Assembly (NCBI GenBank): GCA_973895155.1
Contig: OZ316893.1
Coordinates: 15,096,645 to 15,160,644 of the forward strand
Direction: 5' to 3'
Source: Marsupella aquatica
Taxonomy: Eukaryota > Plantae > Marchantiophyta
DNA length: 64,000 nt
Made by a program: the position numbers and the translations under genes. Shown piece after piece: positions 39,030 through 51,000 of this stretch. The stretch's first letter is position 1, and every line of letters begins with the position of its first letter. The notes beneath the pieces are model-generated. The model did no database searches, was not told the origin of the DNA, and was given only the letters and a program-made list of their open reading frames with translations.

Positions 39030-42000
39030 CAGGTGCACTTACCTCTGTCCAACACTCACCACTTCAGTCCAAGTGTTGGGGGGGAGGAGGTCCCTTGTAA
39101 TGTGGCTGACATTATTTCTGAGTTTCATGGTGTGGATCAGACCAGAGCAACAGATACAGCAGGCCTTGGAGAGGCCTCATCACCTTATCAACAGCATGCT
39201 AGCAGCTTGGACAGTGGAGAGGCTGGCACTTCTGGTTCTTCAAGCACGAGTACATCAGGTCCTTTTCCTAGTGTTGCCAACTACACATTCATCATGGGCA
39301 ACCACCTGAGTAAAAGACAGAAGGACCAGCTGCTGAATTTGCTCCTCAAGCATGAGAACGTGTTTGCTTTCTCTATGAAGGACTTGGGTAAGTGCAAGAC
39401 TATGCAGTTCTCCATTGAGTTGGCTGATGAAACACCTATCTTCAGGCGGAGACACCGTTTGAGTAAGCATGAGTGGCAACTGGTGGATGAGAGATGCCAA
39501 GAGCTCTATGAAGTTGGTCTTATTCAGCCCTCTACATCAGATTTTGCAGCAGCTACAGTGATGCCAGCAAAGAAGGATTCCAGTGGATTGTGGACAGAGA
39601 AGCGCATGTGTGGGGACTACAGGCCATTGAACCTGGTCACACCCCAGGACAGGTACCCCATGCCACGGCCAGAGGAGCTATTTGACAGCATTGGAGACTC
39701 AGACATCTTCACTCTTGTGGATCTAAGGCAAGGCTTTAACCAGATTTTGCTGCTTGCAAAGGACCACAAGAAAACAGCTTTCCATGGTAGTAACCAACTA
39801 TGGGAGTGGTTGGTGATGCCATTTGGCTTGAAGAATGCGCCCATATTCTTTCAAAGAGTCATGGACCAGGTTCTTCAAGGTGCTGAGTTTCTGAAATGCT
39901 ACATTGATGATGTGTTGGTCCACAGCAAAAGATTTGACCAACATCTACTTGACCTTGAGGAGCTATTCATGAGGCTTAAGAAGGTGAACCTAAAGATACA
40001 CCCCAAGAAGTGTGAATTTGCTGTCAGATCAGTAGTATACCTTGGGCACCGCATTCTTCCAAATGGAACCATGGCTCACTGGGCCAAGGTGGTATCCATC
40101 TTGGAAATGCCCACTCCGACTGATGTTCACACTCTTAGGAGCTTTATTGGGTTGTGCAATTACTACCGGATCTACATCAAAGATTTTAGTACCATTGCAC
40201 ATCCATTGTACTCTTTGTTGAAAAAGAATGTGACTTGGACATGGAGTACAGATGCTGAGGCAGCATTTGCCACTTTGAAGGAGAAGCTCTCAGAATACCC
40301 GGTGCTGAGAAGACCTGATTTCAGCAAGGTCTTTGTGCTACACACAGATTGGAGTGCCCTTGGGATTGGTGCCATTCTGGGCCAGCATGATGAAGAAGGT
40401 AAAGAGTACGTCATTGCCTATGCATCCAGGAGCAACAATCAGGCAGAGAGTCATTATTCTTCTTATGAGGGTGAATGCCTTGCTGTTGTGTGGGCTGTCA
40501 TACATTACAGGCCCTACCTCTATGGGACCAGGTTTACTCTCTACACCGACCACCAGCCCTTGAAGTGGTTGATGACTAACGACAAGCTTACTGGCAAGCT
40601 TGCTCGTTGGGCACTCATCCTCCAGGAGTATGACTTTGAGGTAATTCATAGGCCTGGTTTGACACATCAGAATGCTGACACTATGTCCCGCAACCCTTTG
40701 ATTACCTCTGATGATTCCTCAGATGCACGGCAAGATTTTGACCAGGTTTCCATCCTGCCTACATTTCATGCATCGACTATCTTGCTTTGCTGCCATGCTA
40801 TGTTGTTGACCAACCTGTGGTGGACATATGGGAGGACAGCAACACTCTGAGATTTCTGCAGCATGGGGAGTACCCCACACATGTTACTACTGCCCAGAGA
40901 GACCGAATTCAGCAAAGGTCCAAGCGCTACTTGTGGAAGGGAGATCATCTCGTGCGCTGCTTGCCAGACAGGGAAGTGGTGGTTCCACCCATTCATGAGA
41001 GGGTTGGCCTTATTCGTAAGGTACATTCTAAGCTTGGTCATTTTGGCGTTAAGAGGACTTACAGCCTCTTGGTCCCTCATTATCATTGGAGAGGCATGCA
41101 TGGCCAGGTTCGAGATGTTATTGCCCGGTGTGAGCAGTGTGATAGGGTAAGGACTTCTTTCACGTCTCGGCAACCCACACTTCACCCACTGCCTATTCAG
41201 GGCATGTTTTATCGTTGGTCATGTGATTTGGCTGGAGAATTGCCCCTCACATCTCGGGGTAATCTCTACATCATGATCATGATAGAGCATTTCTCCAAGT
41301 GGATAGAACTTGTGGCATTGCCGGATAAAACCTCCCGTAGCACCAGCCAGGCATTCCTACAACAAGTTCTCAGCCGCTTTGGAGCTTGTGCAGAATGTCT
41401 CACTGACCAGGGCTCAGAGTTTAGAGGAGAGTTCCAGGAGCTGCTTGATCAGGCCCTCATTGATCATCGCCGGACATCACGAGATCACCCACAGGCAGAT
41501 GGCTTGGCAGAGCGCATGGTTCAGACATGCAAGAAGGGCCTCCGGAAGATCTGCCTCACCAAAAACAAGGAGGATTGGGACCTGGCCTTACCCTACATTG
41601 CCATGGGGTATAGGATGTCCAGACATGCATCACTGTCTAACTTTTCTCCCTACTTCTTGTTGTTTGGTCGTCACCCAGTTCCACCTTCTGCTATTGTTGC
41701 TCACATGCTTCAGGTGGTGGACTTGGATTCAGCTGTGACTTGGTCTGATGTGATCTCTGAGAGGGCTGCCCTATTCAGGAGGGTTATGCCCATGGCCATG
41801 GAGAATTTGGCCATTGCACAGCACAGGGACACATTGCGTTATGCACACACACGAGGGGGCACTTTTCAGCCCAAGGTCAGGAAGTTTGATGTGGGAGATT
41901 TTGTGTACTTACAGCGGCAAGCTAACGACACCCTGGACACCTGTACCAGTCATACTATTCTCAGGGTTAAAGCTATTCGACCGTCTGGAGTGCTAGAGTT

Positions 42001-42276
42001 ACAAGGGGCAGATGGGCGCACAATTGCTGACAATGCCAAGAATTGCGCCCCTTGTCATCTGCCTAACCTAGATCCCACCATTGTGACTTCTACTTGGATT
42101 CCACCTGTGGACTACCCTTGCAAGGTGTGTTTGCGATGCGAATTGATGATGCTGACCAGATGCTGCTGTGTGACAATTGCAATGGAGGGTACCATCTTTT
42201 CTGCCTTCGGCCTGAACTTACCCAGGTGCCAGAAGGGTTATGGTTTTGCCCTTCTTGTGCTCCACGTGCTACCTGA
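39030..42276 (+). pseudogene. RT, RNase H, DDE integrase and PHD finger of the methyltransferase element
   Basis: RT: RMCGDYRPLN, MPFGLKNAP, YIDD. RNase H: LHTDWS, YEGECLA, TDHQPL, NADTMSR. Frameshift at about 40775. Integrase: H..LGHFG...CEQC, WSCDL, TDQGSEF, GLAER. PHD: CKVC...CDNC...HLFC...WFCPSC. Confidence 0.95.
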
Positions 42277-42315
42277 ATTTTCTTCAGCCCTCCTTTTGGC
42301 TGTGGTCTGGGGGGG

Positions 42316-42491
42316 ATACAGAGGTTTACACCTCCACTACGTACATACCACTTCATTTGCTTTTTCTTGGCACTTGTGAATGTGATTGGACTTTTTCTAT
42401 GCATGTTGGTTGCTAGCAGCTTGCACATATGCCTTGCCGGTGACTTGTATGTTTTCGATACACTATGGCTATGATACTATATGTCACGACA
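42316..42491 (+). repeat. Split direct repeat B1 (176 bp), preceded by a G7 tract (42309-42315)
   Basis: Matches 42852-43027 with 2 substitutions. Confidence 0.95.
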
Positions 42492-42493
42492 GC

Positions 42494-42851
42494 TGTCATG
42501 CCGAGGGACAGTGCCTCTTATGCACATCGGCATGTCCCTCGCCTGCCCGCTAGGTATGTAGTTAGGGCTAGTGTACTACCTGAGTTAGCGACATGTTCTT
42601 GTAGCAAGTCTGGGCCGTTCTTGAAGCAAATGTGCTTGTTAGTGTGACGCCAGGACTTTGCTTGCTTAGGGCATGTCTTTCTTTGTGGGTTTTTAGTTCT
42701 TCTTGAATCGCTGTCGACAGAGCTCAGACAGTGCTCGTCGGTTCTGTACACGGGATTCACATAGTGATTCGTTAGATGCTCCCGGCCGATCTTGGCATCC
42801 CGCCGGTTTTTGATTCGATTTCAGTACATTTGTTTCTATCACGCCTTTTAT
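42494..42851 (+). repeat. Split direct repeat A2
   Basis: Copy of 26646-27003, separated from B1 by the dinucleotide GC. Confidence 0.95.
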
Positions 42852-43027
42852 ATACAGAGGTTTACACCTCCACTACGTACATACCACTTCATTTGCTTTT
42901 TCTTGGCACTTGTGAATGTGATTGGACTTTTTCTATGCATGTTGGTTGCTAGCAACTTGCACATATGCCTTGCCGGTGACTTGTATGTTTTCGATACACT
43001 ATGGCTACGATACTATATGTCACGACA
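42852..43027 (+). repeat. Split direct repeat B2 (3' end of the element)
   Basis: Copy of 42316-42491, ends CACGACA and is followed by GCTG. Confidence 0.95.
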
Positions 43028-43376
43028 GCTGGGTTGTAGGCCAGACATCTGTTGCTTGAATGCTGTATTCAACATCCAACAAGTACTCAAGGTGCAATAA
43101 ATTGAGAAGTTTGTGTGCTTGTGTTGGATGCTATGGACCCTCGCGTGGCCATCAATGAGAGGATAACGGTGCCTCATCATTCCCCCTCCCTTCTGTGCCT
43201 CGTCATCAATTCCCTCCCTCCCTCGCGAATGCTCCCCCCATGCCTCAGTCAGTCCATCCCCTCCCCTCTGTGCCTCATCATTCCCTCCCTCCCTCGTGAA
43301 TCCCCTCGATCTTAGCAATTCTCTCCCTCCCTTCATTTCGCCAATGCTCCCTCCGATATGGGCCAGCTCTCCTTGC

Positions 43377-43404
43377 ACAGTGCAACGCACTGGCATAGGG
43401 CTTG
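43377..43404 (+). mobile_element. Possible Helitron 3' terminus
   Basis: Hairpin CAGTGC-AAC-GCACTG, then about 8 nt and CTTG|T (canonical end is CTRR|T). Confidence 0.35.
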
Positions 43405-44995
43405 TACCCCATAATTTGTAAGTGGGTGTTGTAAATAAAGTGAAATTGAGGTTTGGCTCCTACCCCATAATTTGTAAGTAGGTGTTGTAAATAAAGTGAA
43501 ATTGAGGTTTCAAAATTAAATTTGGAAAACTGATGAAGAAAAATGTTTGCATCTTTTCTCTCACTCAAGGTGACATTGAACACAATGGCCAGAAATAAAT
43601 ATATAAATTGGGAGGAGGGTACAAAGACCCCAAGAATCCCACTTAGACGCTTAGACGTCACCACTGTCCCAATCAGATTCGAGGGTTATTTGTTATTATA
43701 TGCCGCCAAATGGAGGAGGCTTTGAGGTTGCGGCGATCATGTTGGATCGTCACATGTGTACTCGACGATTTCTTTTCATTTGTTCGCGCTGAAGATACGT
43801 ACAGTGGTATTCTGCTTTGGAAAACCCGCATTCCAATGTAACGCGAAGTAGACAATTGTTTCAACGGTTTGCGGCGGAGCAGAATAATACAGCCTTCCAA
43901 GTTTGTTTAATTGTTTTGTTTGGTTTTTCTATAGTTATTTTATAAAGAGAAACCTCGAGCCCTGCAAAGCAGAATTATGCTTGGATGGACCACCAGATGT
44001 AGCCATGTAAGTCGGATATATGCAGTAAATTTTGGGTCGCAAAAGTGTGAGTATTATTTTATGTAAAGGAAATATGTACCAGTTGAGTGCAAAGAAACGT
44101 TTAAGAGAAATACACGTGCGTTTGCGGTGGTACATCCAAGTTGATTGTCAAATGTTATTGGCGCATCCGGGCTTCTTTCCCCTGTGCAGTGGCTTCAGGA
44201 AATCCTCAATTTTCGTTTTTCTATTTATTTTAAAAGTATTTCTTACAACTATCAAGTATATATGGCGCATTCAACATGATTGAAACTTGCGGTTGACAGG
44301 AATAGAATTTGGCGCGTCAACCAGGGAGATAGGTGATTAAGGGAAGCTGATCCTAACACATGTTTCATTTTTCTTTTTGTCTTGTAGTTATCTATTAATG
44401 ATTTTTGCAGTGTTCTAGAAAGCATTTGATTTTAATTTTATTACTGTGTAATTTATATTGGGTGAGTGGAACAAGGGGAACTGAAAAGTTGATTGTGCAT
44501 AAAACATTCTTATGGTATCATGACCAAATCCATCCATGTTAAATAAATAGTGTACAGTTTACACTATAGCCCATTGCTTGCGCATTCTAGGGTTGTCGTT
44601 GCAGCCATATTATGTGGTGTGACAATATCTATGCAAGGCATGAAAATGTCAAGATGAGACAAACAATTGTAAGCGAGTATTGTTGTTGTGACCATGCAAT
44701 CTTTGGTGCAACAATCCCTGATAGTACATTGCACATAAATGTTGAGGAGCCAAAGAATTACAAACTGTGAGGCAAGGAACCAACATCATTCCAGTTGTAT
44801 CTTTATAAAGTCATGTTTGTGAATGCGGAAGTCTAGTCAATTCAGTTGGGAGCTTGATGTTGTAAATGTTATCATTTTGGCAAGGGTGTAGGGCACAAGA
44901 TGGGTCACGAAGGCCACTGTATACAGAGTCCAAACACATTCATGTGACAAGAGGAGATTTATTTATTTTTGTTTCTGTTGTGCTTTTATTTTTGT

Positions 44996-45355
44996 TGTTT
45001 GAGCAAAAAATCTCTATTCATAAGACAACATGCACATGTGCAACATCCAATGAACACACAAGTGGCTCACAAACTAAGGAGATATATGGTTCACCTCTCT
45101 AGGGGTTATGTCCATAAGAACACACAAGACAATTGTACTGAATTCTAGGTCCACTACCAATTCTGAGTCTAGCTCCACAAACTAAGTTCTCCTAATCTTT
45201 CAACTGCTCTATAACAATAAGTATAAGTTCCCCTCATTAGTAAGTCCTAGTGAATGTAATAGTAGCACATCTCTAAGTTTAACCAAATATGTAATTATAA
45301 TTAGACTAACCATGATTATATTATAATTTTAGACCTAAGAGTAAATGCCTAATAA
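44996..45355 (-). mobile_element. Degraded LTR of the same Copia-related group
   Basis: gagata.atggttcacctc, aacacacaag and agagtaaatgcctaata resemble the solo LTRs at 9244 and 10782. Confidence 0.55.
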
Positions 45356-45418
45356 AATTATAATAAATAAAATTTCATATAAATAATTATCAGTTTCTTA
45401 AGAGCATGGGCAGGCGTG

Positions 45419-45688
45419 GGGCTCATACAGGCAGGTAAGGAAAGAAGGGTGTATGTGAATTTGACTAAAACAATTTTTTTCTTGAACAAACATGATTTGC
45501 TCCCCCATCGTTGGCAGGATTTTTTATTAGTGTTTGATTTAAATACAAATACTGGGCTCATACAGGCAGGTAAGGAAAGAAGGGTGTATGTGAATTTGAC
45601 TAAAACAATTTTTTTCTTGAACGAACATGATTTGCTCCCCCATCGTTGGCAGGATTTTTTATTAGTGTTTGATTTAAATACAAATACT
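45419..45688. repeat. Near-perfect tandem duplication, 2 x 135 bp
   Basis: 45419-45553 and 45554-45688 differ at about one position. Confidence 0.9.
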
Positions 45689-46584
45689 ATCTATACTCAG
45701 CTACACTGAGACCTCTATAGGAAGACTTTTGAGTTCTATCTCTTATATAGATATTTGAATATGATATTGACTGAGAATGCTTATAGATCACGTGTTCAAA
45801 ATGGCCAGTTGTTTAGTGATCAATGAACTTTTGATTTACTATATGGGGCCTTACTCTATATGTTCTTGTCAGTTGAAATTAGGAGCTCTCCCATTAAATT
45901 TATTTCAGAAATTTAATTTACAGGTTTTGGTAGTTTCAGAATTTTCTATTTGTTAAGGCTTAAACAGGGGACCTCATGTCGACAACCTCCTGAAACTGGC
46001 ACAAGTAGACAAGCATTGATCCAAACACCTCAATAGCACCCTCCAGTGATGATAAAATCTCGATGGTTGGAGTGCCTCCACAAAACGCTAACCTCCCAGA
46101 ACTGACAATAGGAGATGAGAAATGAATGATCCACACACTCAAAATTAAAAGTTTGAGTCACGATAAAATTTTGAAAATCTGCCAACCCCCTCATCAACCC
46201 CTTCTGTCAAGGGAAAATTTTACAAACCTACACAAATTGTACTAATAATGATGGACAAACCCACTCTAATGTAAGGGAGGATCCTCGAAAGCCTATAATC
46301 ATCATCTGAAGATATAATTTATTATTGGCTGAACTTTAAGTTCAACTTTGTGGTGTGGGCCCAAATTTTTTCTAAAGTTTTTGCGCATCTATCCTCCAAT
46401 ATACAGTATACTATCATCAATGCGTCTCTTAGTGTATACTTCAATGGCTTCCTCAAACAGTCATACTCTATTCTCACGGACTTTCAATGCGCTTTCCCTT
46501 TTTTTTCCCCTGGTACTTTATTCTCTCCAACTTCCAATGTGTTTGTTTTTTCATCTTTCTTTTTTAATTTCTTTTTAATTTGGA

Positions 46585-48070
46585 TGAAATGGGTGACCTG
46601 GGACACTCTTTCCAAAGGGCTCAATAAGAGGGGCGACCCTTTTTAAGGGTCCTTTTTCTCTGGGAGCATTCCATTTTTTTTTAATTTATTTTCTTGGGGT
46701 GAAATGGAGGTATATGCTTGATGGGACCCCTGCCAAAAGAAATTTAGTTGATAGGCCCTTATGAAACTTTTATTACAAACTAGGCCCCTTCTGGCACTTT
46801 TGTGTCAGATATTCTTGTAAAGTTCCTATAAAGGAGTTTAGCTTGATATTGTCACCAATAAGAGCTACTATAAAGTTTAGAGTCAAACCATGCTTAATGA
46901 CAAACTACATCGTTGGGCGAACCTCGGAGTAATGGCGACCGTCGCTTGCATTGTGACTTCCTAAGTGAAGACAATATGGGTCATGTCTTTAGGTTTAAAT
47001 TTCATCTTTAGGTTATTTCATGGAACCTATCCACAGGGTTTGCATGATGTTTCGACGTTTTTCTTTGTTCTTTTGTCTAAGTATGGAATGAATCTTCTAT
47101 TTTTGGCCATATATTCTATTCCCGTCCCTATTGCAACCTTTAAATTGTCTTCTCACATCTAGACCCCAAATTTGTCTAAGTATGGAAGGAACCAAGGGTC
47201 TTGTACTCTTTGGTGTTTTCACTTGTTGCAACCCCGGTTGCAACTCTAAAAAATTGTCTAAGTGTGAAACAAAGACACCATGGACTCAATCATAACGGGA
47301 AAATTTTGCTAGCCTGCACGAAAGCTTGCAATAACTAGACTAAATGTTTAGACTAAATATTGTACAAACCCACTATGATCCTATAGCGATGGATCCCTTA
47401 AAACTCCATAATTATGTGAAGACATAATTCATTATGTCTTCAAACATAGAAGTACTCTATAATCATGTGACATACGCGCAGTGGACTATGATGCAAATAA
47501 TGTGCGGTGAATTGTGATATGAAATGTACGATTTACCATGCATTTAGGCACCACATAAGAACCATGTGTACGGAACCTATCTAGGGGGCCTTGTTGGTAA
47601 CAACATTTTTGTGAGGGGTCTAGTTTGTCACAAAAGTTTAGTAGGGGCCTTTCATGTAAATTTGTTTTGGCAAGGGTCCCATCAAACATATACCTCGGGT
47701 GCACTGGGTCACCTGGAAGAGGGACGACTCTTTTAAAGGGGCTAAATAAGAGGGGAGGAATAAAAAAGGAGGGGAGTATTATTGTTAAGAATTAAGAAAT
47801 TTTATTCTTTACCTGGGACACCCTTTCCAAGGGGCTCAATAAGAGGGGTGACTCTTTTTAAGGGGCCTTTTTGTGTGGGAGCATTCCATTAATTTTTATT
47901 TCTTTTCTTTGGGTGAAATGGGTCACTTGGAAGAGGGACGACTCTTTTAAAGGGGCTAAATAAGAGGGGAGGGTTAAAAAAGGAGGGGAGTAATATTGTT
48001 AAGAAATTAAGAAATTTTATTCTTCACCCGGAAGAGTGACTACTATTTTGAAGGGGCTAAATAAGAGCAT
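46585..48070. repeat. Dispersed and tandem subrepeats, probably an old non-autonomous element
   Basis: ggggct(c/a)aataagagggg and actcttttaaagggg blocks at about 46600, 47710, 47820, 47930 and 48040. Confidence 0.6.
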
Positions 48071-51000
48071 CTTTTAAGGGACCTTAAAAAAGAAAGAGTA
48101 AAATATGGATAGAGTGAAGGAGAATTGCTACTTTAATAGTTGAAAATGAAAATGAAGATGAAATAATAAATAGAATACAAATCAATCTTTTTATAATACA
48201 CTTTTGAATGAATTAATAAACTTAAATATTAAATGGGTGAAAAATGCATTTAGGGTTGCATGGGAAAAGAAGAAAATACATTTTTAAAAGATGGAATATA
48301 ATTTTTTCATATAAATAGTTTCACAAAATTTGATATCCCAACCATAGCACCCGCTCCAGCATTCGCATGGGAACGATCTAGGTTTCCCAATCTCACATTG
48401 CAATCTGAGCAATTACAAAAATTTCCAAACCTCTCACATGTTCAAATGAAGACCTGGTGTGGTTGATGTCTAGATTGACTACCTTGATTTTGGACCACTC
48501 TTGTGAGGTTGGCAACCATAGAAGAGCTATTTGTTTTCCGTTCAAACCACAAGATCTTGAAACAAAAATATGCTTGCAAAAATGCCAATTTACTGCACAA
48601 ATTTTCCTTGAAATTAGTTAGAAATGTCATCACAATGCAATTGGGTGAAGAAGTCCATCCAAAACAAGGGCCTTTTTTCCAGCCACTACTAACATTTTAA
48701 GGGGAGGAATAAAAAATACAAAGAAAGGGACGCTAGTTCATAGCATTTTAATAATTATGAAATCAAACTAAAAACAGAAAAAGATCTTCTTTTACTCCTT
48801 TGCTGAACTTCTCACCCATTTTAAACAGAAATCTAATTTTGTTTGAGTAATTATTGGCTGAATTTTCAACTTAGCCTTGTGATGGGGAGGGGAGGTGGGG
48901 GTTGGGTTTTTTTTTTTTTGGGGGGGGGGGGTTAGGGGAAAAATGCTTGCTTAGGGTTTAGGGTTTTGGGTGTTGGGGGGGGGGGGGGGGAGAGGGCAAA
49001 AACGCTTCCAAGCTCATTTCTCCGCATATGTTCTTCACAAAAATACCTTATAATCTGTCCCTCAACCAGCTATAGTTTATGCATAGGCAAGGCATTTGGG
49101 TACATAATACCTTCAACAATGTAATCTATGATGAGATACTAATTATCTGCTAATTGTTTACATGGTTGTGAATTATTACCATGCTTGTATGCTGAGTGTC
49201 AAATATAAAATTGAAAGATCAAAGAGGACAATAAAGTGGGGTGAAAGCTTCAAGTTTTCCCAGATGTGCGTTCAACTTTGTGTCACTCTCTATTTATTCA
49301 ATTTGGTTCCAAAGTCGAGTGAACCACAAAAGACGTTGGTAGAGAATGACTTGACAAATATTTTGATGCAAAGAACCCGTACTCAAAGATAGAGGAATTA
49401 TTTTTCATGATGCATCACTCACTTGAATTTAATTCAAGATAACTCCTGGTTTTTCACGAATACTTGACAAATGTCATAGTCATATGTGAAACATGGTTTT
49501 CATCTACAAAATCAAACGCAGAATAATACAACCATTTACATAACACATCATGAAGTCGTGTAATGGTTTAGCCTTTGTGACCGACCCCTTTGGTCATGTG
49601 CCTGGTTAATATGTCTTCAAACATACACGTACATTGGTAAAGCAGTTGGAACCCCATGGTAGATTGCATTGTTTACAGTTGAACATGTGGTGGACTATGA
49701 CGAGGTGCACATTGTTCTTTGGTGAGAACCTTGCAACGTACTATGTAGTTACACACCACACAAGAACCGTATGTACAGAACCCAACGAGGGGCCCTACTT
49801 GGCAACAAAACTTTCATGGAGACGGGCTTACAGTTCCCTAAACTACAGTAGATGAAGGCATTTAAACAACAATTCCCCCAAAAACCAAAATAGATTAAGG
49901 CATGGCAATGGCAAGATTTGGTCTCAATGACTATGCTAAATCAATAATGATTAATCAGTCCGCTCCGTTCTAAAGAAAGGTACTATATAAACATAGGAAC
50001 TCTGAAACCGATGCCACCCGCGAGCAACTGCTCTTCATACCCCCAAATAAAGAAAACCAAGAAAAGAAACGAGAAATTAGTGAAGAAAAAGTGCATTCCT
50101 TCCCCCAACGAGCGAGGGAAGGATCAAGAAAGAATACGCAATGCCTATCGGGATATTAATCACGGTACAGTAATTGCCTCTAGCCCTAAACAGAAAGAAA
50201 CGAAATACGGTAGTGAACAACCCAGCTGGGTGAAACCAGGGCGGTACACCAATGACAGTAACAATAGAAAATGACCGCCGTAGGCTTCGTTATTGAGGTT
50301 AGCAAGTTAGTAATGTAGATGGGAAACGAATGGGGGGATTTACTACGGTGAAGGGAACAGCAGCTGTAGAGTGAGTAGGTCCGTCATTCAGGTCTCCCCT
50401 TCCTGAAGTGTGAACGGGTACCAAGGCTCGACTGTAACTGAACAGCCAAATTTAACAGACTAGTCAAAGCAACCAACGGCGTAATTTTCAAGAACCGCGT
50501 AAATGTCAAACGGAATGAATACCTACCTGGCCGGGATCTTCTCTGTACTCCCAGTTCCACGTCCGCAGGTCAGGCCTGTACTCGCAGATGCACGCACGGA
50601 CTCTAGGCCCGGTCCCTTCCGTCCGTCAGCTCTCCTCCTCCGAGGAGTTACAGATACACGACTGTGTCATTCTGATCGAGTGTCCGTGGCCCCCTTCATT
50701 TCGAGCCTGGATGGATGGAGGATCCCACGCGGAGGGACGCGCCGGGTCGCGACGGGGGCCTGACTTGCTCGTCCCAGGCTTTGACACCCGCTACTGTGTT
50801 TGATCCTGTATCGGGTGCTGGCTCCTTGGTCGGTCCGTTTGCCGTCCGGCAAAAGGCGACGGGGAGGGAGACTTCTGCCAGCGGGTAGCTGCAGGGGACG
50901 CGCCGTGGAAGCGGGGGGAGGAGAGGGGAACTGGCCGCATGGTTTGCCGCGCGGATTGGAGAGTGAGGGGCGTCGTTCCCGCCATCGTGCTCTCAATCGC

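Larger units (their letters stand above)
26646..43027 (+). mobile_element. Ty3/Gypsy-type retroelement with C5 DNA methyltransferase, PHD finger and split direct repeats (about 9.9 kb without the nested Copia)
   Basis: Starts TGTCATG, ends CACGACA, flanked by GCTG on both sides (26642-26645 and 43028-43031). Domain order Gag-PR-DNMT-RT-RH-INT-PHD. Repeats arranged A1...B1-A2-B2. Confidence 0.93.

Noticed and set aside
42494-43027. A2+B2 read as a normal 534-bp 3' LTR or independent solo LTR
   Set aside because: The 5' end has only A, and B1 lies directly upstream of A2, so no matching AB 5' LTR exists. A2B2 has no TSD of its own. It remains a formal alternative until other copies are examined.
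26646-43027. Classification as a DIRS/PAT/Ngaro tyrosine-recombinase element
   Set aside because: No YR motifs were seen inside. It has a protease, a DDE integrase, TG...CA ends and a TSD.
48345-48381. Second possible Helitron 3' end (hairpin plus CTAG)
   Set aside because: The hairpin is weak, CTAG is followed by G rather than T, and no 5' end was identified.
48940-48970. Interstitial telomere repeat (also 18678 and 59614)
   Set aside because: Only about two TTTAGGG units each, at most telo-box-like.
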